Of a DNA stretch of 64,000 nt, positions 57,289-64,000 are shown piece by piece; positions within the stretch are counted from its first letter, which is position 1; each line of letters starts with the position of its first letter. This DNA comes from Pseudogymnoascus verrucosus. Its lineage: Eukaryota. A program made the translations under genes and the position numbers. The DNA lies in assembly GCA_001662655.1 (NCBI GenBank), contig KV460233.1. One strand, 5' to 3'. The notes under the pieces were generated by a model. That model did no database searches. It worked only from the letters and a program-made list of their open reading frames with translations, and was not told where the DNA came from.

Positions 57289-58641
57289 CTATGGACTGTC
57301 CTGAGACTTCTTGTCTAAGAAGGCAAGAGCAGCAACACAGAGAGCATCAATACCAGTTTGCATCGTAGGGTGTATCGCCGGTGCGAATCTCGCCGTGTGA
57401 TTAGCGGGAATATCATCAATTCTTCCTTCCTTTAACCTCTGATCCCATAGTTCCTCCTCTACTCCTCCCCAATGCCAGAACGCACACGGACGGCCCTGCG
57501 ATGTTGCGAGCACCGAAAAATCCTCTGCAATGGTCGTAGTCGGTATATTAGCATCAAAGTTCTCCCCAAAATGCTCACTGAAGCCCTTTCCTAGCATTTT
57601 AATCATCGACTCATCATTCACCGTGTTTGGCAGGTGCCGAGTCATTCTGAAAACAGGCGCGATCGTCGAACCGCTTGCTTCGCACTCGGCCTTGACGATC
57701 CTCCGGATTGATGTCAGAAGCTGCTCGCGCGTTTGAGGGCTCACACTGCGTATATCGATGCCGATTTCCGCAGAGTCGGCGATGACGTTCTCGGTATGGC
57801 CGGCTTGCAAACTCCCAACTGTGAGAACGGCAATATCGCTTGGATTAATCTCTCTACTGGTGATGGTCTGCAGACGTACTACAACGTGAGCAGCCATGAC
57901 AGCAGGGTCAATAGTCCGATGCGGCTACATATGTCAGCTCTTGAATGTAATAGACACTCTGTAGCATCAACTTACCTGCGACCCATGCCCACCAATCCCA
58001 AACATCGTAATTTTCATACTATCCGCCCCCGCCATAATGGTCCCCATCCTCGACCCCACACTCCCTGCCCGCATCGCCATCACATGTTGCCCGAGCACAA
58101 AGTCAGGTACGGGGATCTTGTGCCTATCATACAGACCATCATCTACCATTGCCTTCGCGCCGCTTCCACGCTCCTCGGCAGGTTGGAAGAGAACTATTAA
58201 CGTGCCGCTCCACTGTTCCTTAAGCTTAACCAGCCTTTCTGCTGCGGCAAGGAGACATGTCATATGCATATCATGCCCGCACGCGTGCATCACCGGCCGC
58301 AAGACACCCTCAACGTCAGGCATATTTACTTTGCTGGCGTACGGAAGGCCGGTTGCTTCCGCGATTGGGAGGGCGTCCATGTCGGCGCGTAGAAGGATAG
58401 TTTTCCCAGGGCCATTTTTTAGCACGCCGACAACACCGTGGCCGCCAATGTTAGTGGTGATGGTAAAAGCCTGGAGACGCGAGAGTTCGCCTGCAACCGT
58501 TTTGGCAGTTTTTTCTTCAAGATTCGAGAGCTCGGGATGCTCATGAAAGTGCTTATAGAGAGCCTCGTATTTCTCGACATCTATAGGAGCGGTGAGGAGG
58601 AGGTCAGTCGGAGAGCCGGTGATCCGACGATTTGCGTCCAT
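57289..58641 (-). CDS. M20 family amidohydrolase (hippurate hydrolase-like); intron 57975-57925
   Basis: 'HEHPELS', 'LRADMDALP', 'MHACGHD', 'FQPAEE', 'GGHGSQ|PHRTIDP', 'AEDFS', 'NHTARF'. Confidence 0.92.
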
Positions 58642-59042
58642 AATTGCAGATGCAATGGTGTTTGCGTAGATGGTGATTACGGGCCCCTATACCAAGGCTC
58701 CTGATTATACTCTTTCGATAGGAGAATTCCAATTCTCAATTAGCTGCCTGTGCTCGCGCGAGCATGCCACGCTGGTAGTATCAAAGGTGGGTCTGCTATC
58801 ATCAGCCCCACTTTTACCCCGCGATCAGGGGGACGACGGTGGCGATGCGGGAATTGTCACAGCTTCAACCACCCCCAATAAATAAAACACTAAGCGCTTC
58901 TAAATATTCCAAAACTCAGTAGTGGCGATTGTCCGATATATGTACGAAATAATGTAACATCACTCTAATTTGATACCAAGTAAAGTCACGTGGAACAATT
59001 CAGCTCCCCGCCGTTAATCCAGTCTTCAAAGACCTTGCGGCA

Positions 59043-61300
59043 ATGAACTCTTACTCTTCGTCAGGTTCGGCCAATTATGACGGAGGCGTCGAGTCATCTT
59101 TCTCTAATGCTCTGACACTAGGGGGAAGTCCAGCAGGACGCTCAGACGAAAGCACGAAGATGGCCAATGCATGTGCACAGTGCCATAGGCAAAAGCAGAA
59201 GGTTCCCCTCAAACCCAAAATCCCGGCCTTCTGGACCAAACTAACGCAATATAGTGCAATAGAGAGCAGCCGTGTTCAAACTGCGTCCGGCGCAGTATTC
59301 CCCATCAATGCGTCTCGTATACGCGTCCAGAACGTCGCAAATCTCGCACTGCTCGACATGATCCGTATCAAGGTCAACCCGCAAGCTTGGCGGAATCAGC
59401 TTCGATATCATCTACTCCTGCACAGCAGCAAACCATCTCAGGCCATTTCAAATCAAGAACAGCCAAGATAGCAAAACGTCAGACTCTTGGTCGTCTCTTT
59501 AAGGCCAGAGGTGCTGCATCTTATCATGGCGATTTCTACTTTGGGCATCAATCTGCTGCTAGTATGGTAGAAGCAACGACACAGGAAGTACCAAGTGGCA
59601 TCTACGTTGGCCACTCGCGTGGCAGCCGTATCGGAGCCGCTCAACCTTTCCGGAACGAAAGAGGACCCTATGCTCAGCTCTGGGAACTTATTGGCAGTCT
59701 ACCCCGCCAGAAAGCAACAGTTGATCATCTGACCGCGCGATTCTTCAAGGAGCTCAACCCAACATTTGACAGTGTGCACGAAGGGACATTCATGACTTCT
59801 TATAACAAATTCTGGGATAGGAAAACCGGCTGTGATGATCTTACAAATGTCGATATTCGGTGGCTTGCGGTCTTGTTTATCATCCTAGCTTTTGGAGAGC
59901 TACTTGACTGCCCTCAGCCGTGTTCCGCAGAGGCTCAACGAGAGTCCGAAGACTCATCTCTACATTTCTATTGGGCTTCACGGAAGTCTCTTGTTATTGC
60001 ACCCTCCTTCTACGGAGAAAGCACAGATCTGACATGTGCTGGCATTCTCATCACTCGCTATCTAGTGTATGCGCGCAGGATCTCGGAGAGCTGGCTAACA
60101 ATAAGCTTTGCGATCCGTATGGCGCAAGCACAGGGAATGCATGTTGATGGCGACCAATTAGATCTCCCCCGCAAAGCCACCGAGACTCGCCGAAGATTGT
60201 GGAGCCAACTATACGATTTAGACAGATCGATTGCCTTGGCTCTCGGCAGACCATACGCCATTAATGACCGACATTGCTTTATGAAACAAGTCGAAAATGT
60301 ATGGGTTGATAACATGACAGACGAAGAAGCAGAGAACGCAACAGCGCTATCTCTTGATACGCCCACACTAAGTGTTCTGATACGTTTCCAGCACCAACTG
60401 GCCGTCATCATCGGCCAGATCCAAGAACAATCCTTCACCTTCTCTACCACACCACTTACCTCTTCCGCCTCCTATGACGAAGTCCTGAAATATGACGAAG
60501 CCCTCCTCACCTGGAAAGACAGTCTCCCGCCATACTTCCGCCTCGAGAATACCGACCTATCCCTCGACTTACTCCCCGCCTACAGCTTCATCCCCTGGCA
60601 CCGCCTATACCTACATACCGCCTTCCACTTTGCACGCATCACGCTGCACCGCTCGTACCTCCTACGGCCCTCCATCACTGATCGTTTCCAATACAGCCGC
60701 AACGCTTGCATGTCATCCGCGTGCGCAGACCTCAAGATCAAACTTTCGTTCCGTTATCCGGACATGGCTAGCCGGTTGAAATCTAACGTAGCCGCCCATC
60801 AACTCTTCAATAGCGCCTTGATACTTGGGGTCATTGTCGTGCGTGACCCGCAGGCACCCCAGACAGACGCGATCTTAGATGATCTCCAGGCGTATTGCGC
60901 GAAGCAGAACTCAGATCCATGGATCAACGAGATTGGCCTCGCGGAGATCAGGGTTGTGGAGCTGTGCATTTCGCGCGCAAGGCAGGCACGGAATGATACT
61001 GCTGCTGCATCGCCAGCGGAGAATGTCACGCCTGATTTTAATCCAGCTGTAACTTCCGAAGGTTATAATTCCTCAGCGGTTACAAACACGTCTCTATCAC
61101 AAGGGCTGCAGGGGAGTCATGAGTTGTCGGCGTCACAGCAAAATGCTATGGGAGAGACCTTTCCGTACGCGTTTCAGAACCCAACAGGGCTACAGGATCC
61201 ATGGTCAGATTTCTGGTCGAATCCAGCCTATTTCTTTCCCGAGGCTATGGATTATCAGATTTGGGAGGGGCTCGTGGATGATCTCGCGGCTGTAAATTAG
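59043..61300 (+). CDS. Zn(II)2Cys6 transcription factor with fungal-specific TF middle domain; intron inside the zinc cluster (~59202-59254)
   Basis: Spliced CAQCHRQKQK|CNREQPCSNCVRRSIPHQC; 'AIRMAQAQGMH', 'ETRRRLWSQLYDLDRSIALALGRP'. Confidence 0.9.
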
Positions 61301-61360
61301 ATTACTATTTTGAGCATAATTATATACCTATGGGATGACTTATAACTCTACTAGTCTATG

Positions 61361-62519
61361 CTAAACAATAGGATTTGTTAACGTCCCCAGCCCATGGCTA
61401 ATCCATATCTTCATAGTATCTCCCTCCTGTAGATAAACCGGGGGTTTATAGCTATGTCCAATCCCGCAGGGAGTTCCCGTCAATATGACTGTCCCCTTCT
61501 TCAGCGTTGTACCCTATACCTCTCGTTAGCATTCAGCACACCCCAACTCAATCACAGGGAGCAGGCACTTACCACCGAAAGATAAGCAACAATCTCCGCT
61601 ATGGTAAAAATCATGTTTCTCGCCCTGCCATCCTGCATCACCCTCTCATTCAACGTACTCCTCAACTCCAACACGCTCGGATCCGGCAGCACGCGCCTCG
61701 ACACCAGTACCGGGCCCACTGGGGCAAAGCCGTCAAACCCCTTGCAATACCCCCACTGCGAGCCCCGTTCCTGGATTGCCCGCGCCGTCACATCGTTCGC
61801 GGTCATATACCCCAACACGTACTGCATTGCGTCCGTAGCCGAGACGTCCTTAGCGTCTGCGCCGAGCACCACTGCGAGCTCGACTTCGAGATCGGCCGAG
61901 GAGGCGGCGAGGGCGGGGAGGTGGATGGGTGAAGAGGGCGCGTTCAGGCAAGTTGAGGGCTTGAAGAAGACTTCCGGGTTGGTTGGGAGGGCTAATTTCA
62001 TTTCAGCCTTGGGAGATGTTAGCTGACAGTGATGATATTAGGGCGCTGGGAGGATAAGTAGAACGTACGGCATGGTCGGTGTAGTTGAGGCCAATGCAGC
62101 GGATGGTGCCTGCTTCGGCAGGTGTTATGGGTGTGAGAATCTGTGAATGGGCGTTAGATCGGAAATATGCTAAAGGTAGAGTTATCTGGGTACCTCGCGA
62201 GCTCTGACAACTCGGCCGGTGAAGATAACATCGAAATCAAGTGCTGAGATGCCGTTGAGGAGTTTGACCATCACGGGCTCGTTTTGCTCCATTGCAAGGC
62301 CGACTGGATGTAAAACTTAGCAAGCTCTTATGGGTTCTAAAAACATTTATTTGGGCTTACCATCGAGCTCCGAGTCAACGGGCTCGCCGCAATATTCGTT
62401 TCCATCTTCACCAATGAAGCGGACGAAGCGATTCCAGATCTAGTTGTTATTGTCAGTCGAAATCTTCTATCTGGGAAACAATAACGAACTGGAAGATCGG
62501 GCGCTGTTGCGGAAGGCAT
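61361..62519 (-). CDS. Fumarylacetoacetate-hydrolase family protein, multi-exon
   Basis: 'IRCIGLNY', 'PEVFFKP', 'DLEVELAVV', 'ANDVTAR', 'KGFDGFAPVGP', 'GTVILTGTP.GIG'. Confidence 0.88.
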
Positions 62520-62869
62520 GTTTATGATTTTGGAATGTGATGATAGAATCAAAATCTTAAGACGACGCAGACAGACATCGTCGAAAGAAAGACTGTACTA
62601 TTTTCTACAACCTGTCACCTTAACCACCGGAACCATTTCCGCATTCCATTTCATTCCGAATACCAGGAAAGAATAAGATGATACGGCTAATCATCATTGT
62701 TTAACAAGACGTTTGTAATTTGGCACTTATCATCAGTAACAGCGGTGCCGATCAGGGGCGCCGATCTGCGGGGAAGGAGACTATCGGCCTCTCGGCCGTC
62801 TAGCATTCGGCGGTGTCGTCCGATGCTGGATTGCGCTTAGCCTAAACCAGCCATTGATAAGGGGAAAGG

Positions 62870-62970
62870 ACGCTACGGACAATGCTACGGACCACACTAC
62901 GGATAACGCTACGGACTAGTCCCTTACCACCATCGATTCGGACTACGCTACGGACACATACTACGTACGA
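62870..62970. repeat. ~12-bp direct repeats (ACGCTACGGAC core) in the divergent FAH/transporter promoter
   Basis: ACGCTACGGACA, ATGCTACGGACC, ACACTACGGATA, ACGCTACGGACT in tandem; further copies at ~62945 and ~63034. Confidence 0.8.
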
Positions 62971-63278
62971 CCTCACGAAGAAAACGTTGAGCGGGACGCG
63001 ATATGTCGAGCAATTCGCCACGGGGCAATTATGCGCTACGGACATTCACTCGGATTCCTATCTCTTGGGATTTCCCCAAAGAAGCGGACTCCAAGATCCC
63101 GAAGGTAACAGCAGGTCAGGAAGCGGGAACCAAACTGATAGCCGCCTGGGCTGGCATTGCAATATAGATATATATGCGTCTGGCCATGGAGTAACATATT
63201 GCACCATTATCAATTTCCTAGACAGAGGTTGCACATCCATCTACTTTCACATATTTTATGCATTGAGCTTCGTCCATC

Positions 63279-64000
63279 ATGGACGTTGAAAGCACCCCAA
63301 AACTGGCGGCCAAGGACCACGCACAGATCAACCAACTCGAGAAAGCCTCAATTGATGATGATGGCACAAGTCACGCGAGCACGATGTACATCGACCCGGT
63401 AGCGCAGCGTAAACTGCTGTTCAAGCTGGACATGTACTTGTCCCCGGTTATGACTCTGATTTTCCTCACGGCATACCTTGATCGTGCGAACATCGGAAAT
63501 GCGGCGTCGGCTGGGCTAATCACGGACTTGGGGCTGGTTGGAAACCAGTTTGGAAGTAAGTCCTGTTTCCACACACTCCAAAGACAGACATGAACGCGGA
63601 AATGCTAATGTGTGAAAACAGATGCCGTGACGCTTTTCTACGTCCTCTATGTCGCATTTGAACTCCCGTGCTCGCTGGTCCTGAAGAAATTCCATCCTCG
63701 TACGTCCTTCCCATCTTTAAGCAGAAACCCAACTAACAGGTATTAGGACGCATGATCCCCGCCCTCATGTTCTGCTGGGCCTGCGTCATCATCGGCAATG
63801 GCTTCGTGAAAAACGCCGGTCAACTATACGCCTGCCGCCTTCTCCTTGGCGCCTTTGAATCCGGCATGTTCCCCTGCCTATGCCTCTACCTCTCCACTTT
63901 CTACACGCCTGGCGAGCAAGCCGTCCGTATCTCTTATCTCTTCGTCGCGTCCGCTCTTTCCGGCGCTTTCGGCGGGCTCTTCGCGTTCGCGCTCCTGAAA
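63279..64000 (+). CDS. MFS anion:cation symporter (Tna1/Dal5-like), 5' part only, runs off the window
   Basis: 'RKLLFKLD', 'AYLDRANIGNA', 'FYVLYVAFELP', 'RLLLGAFESGMFP..YLSTFY...E...R'. Confidence 0.88.

Overview
Eukaryotic window from a filamentous ascomycete (GT..AG introns with CTAAC-type branch points; RIP-like mutated transposons; a Leotiomycete-like origin is only a guess). Conserved core genes (PWP1, PRP16, NAB2, HEM14, a CYP52-clan P450) bracket accessory regions. The ~23 kb between PRP16 and NAB2 carries secreted enzymes (GH81 glucanase with a C-terminal beta-trefoil-like module, GH18 chitinase with LysM+3xWSC, intronless S53 peptidase), tRNA-Lys(CTT), a solo LTR, MITEs, TE relics and three small spliced genes that the ORF track only shows in fragments: a Kex2-type Cys-stapled secreted peptide, a stand-alone Sin3-like PAH microprotein and a 75-aa protein with a paralogue 35 kb away. 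The right end holds a stop-riddled full-length hAT element, an MFS exporter, a sterol glucosyltransferase-like gene and an amidohydrolase/Zn2Cys6/FAH/ACS-transporter catabolic cluster. Exon boundaries were read by eye and no database searches were run.
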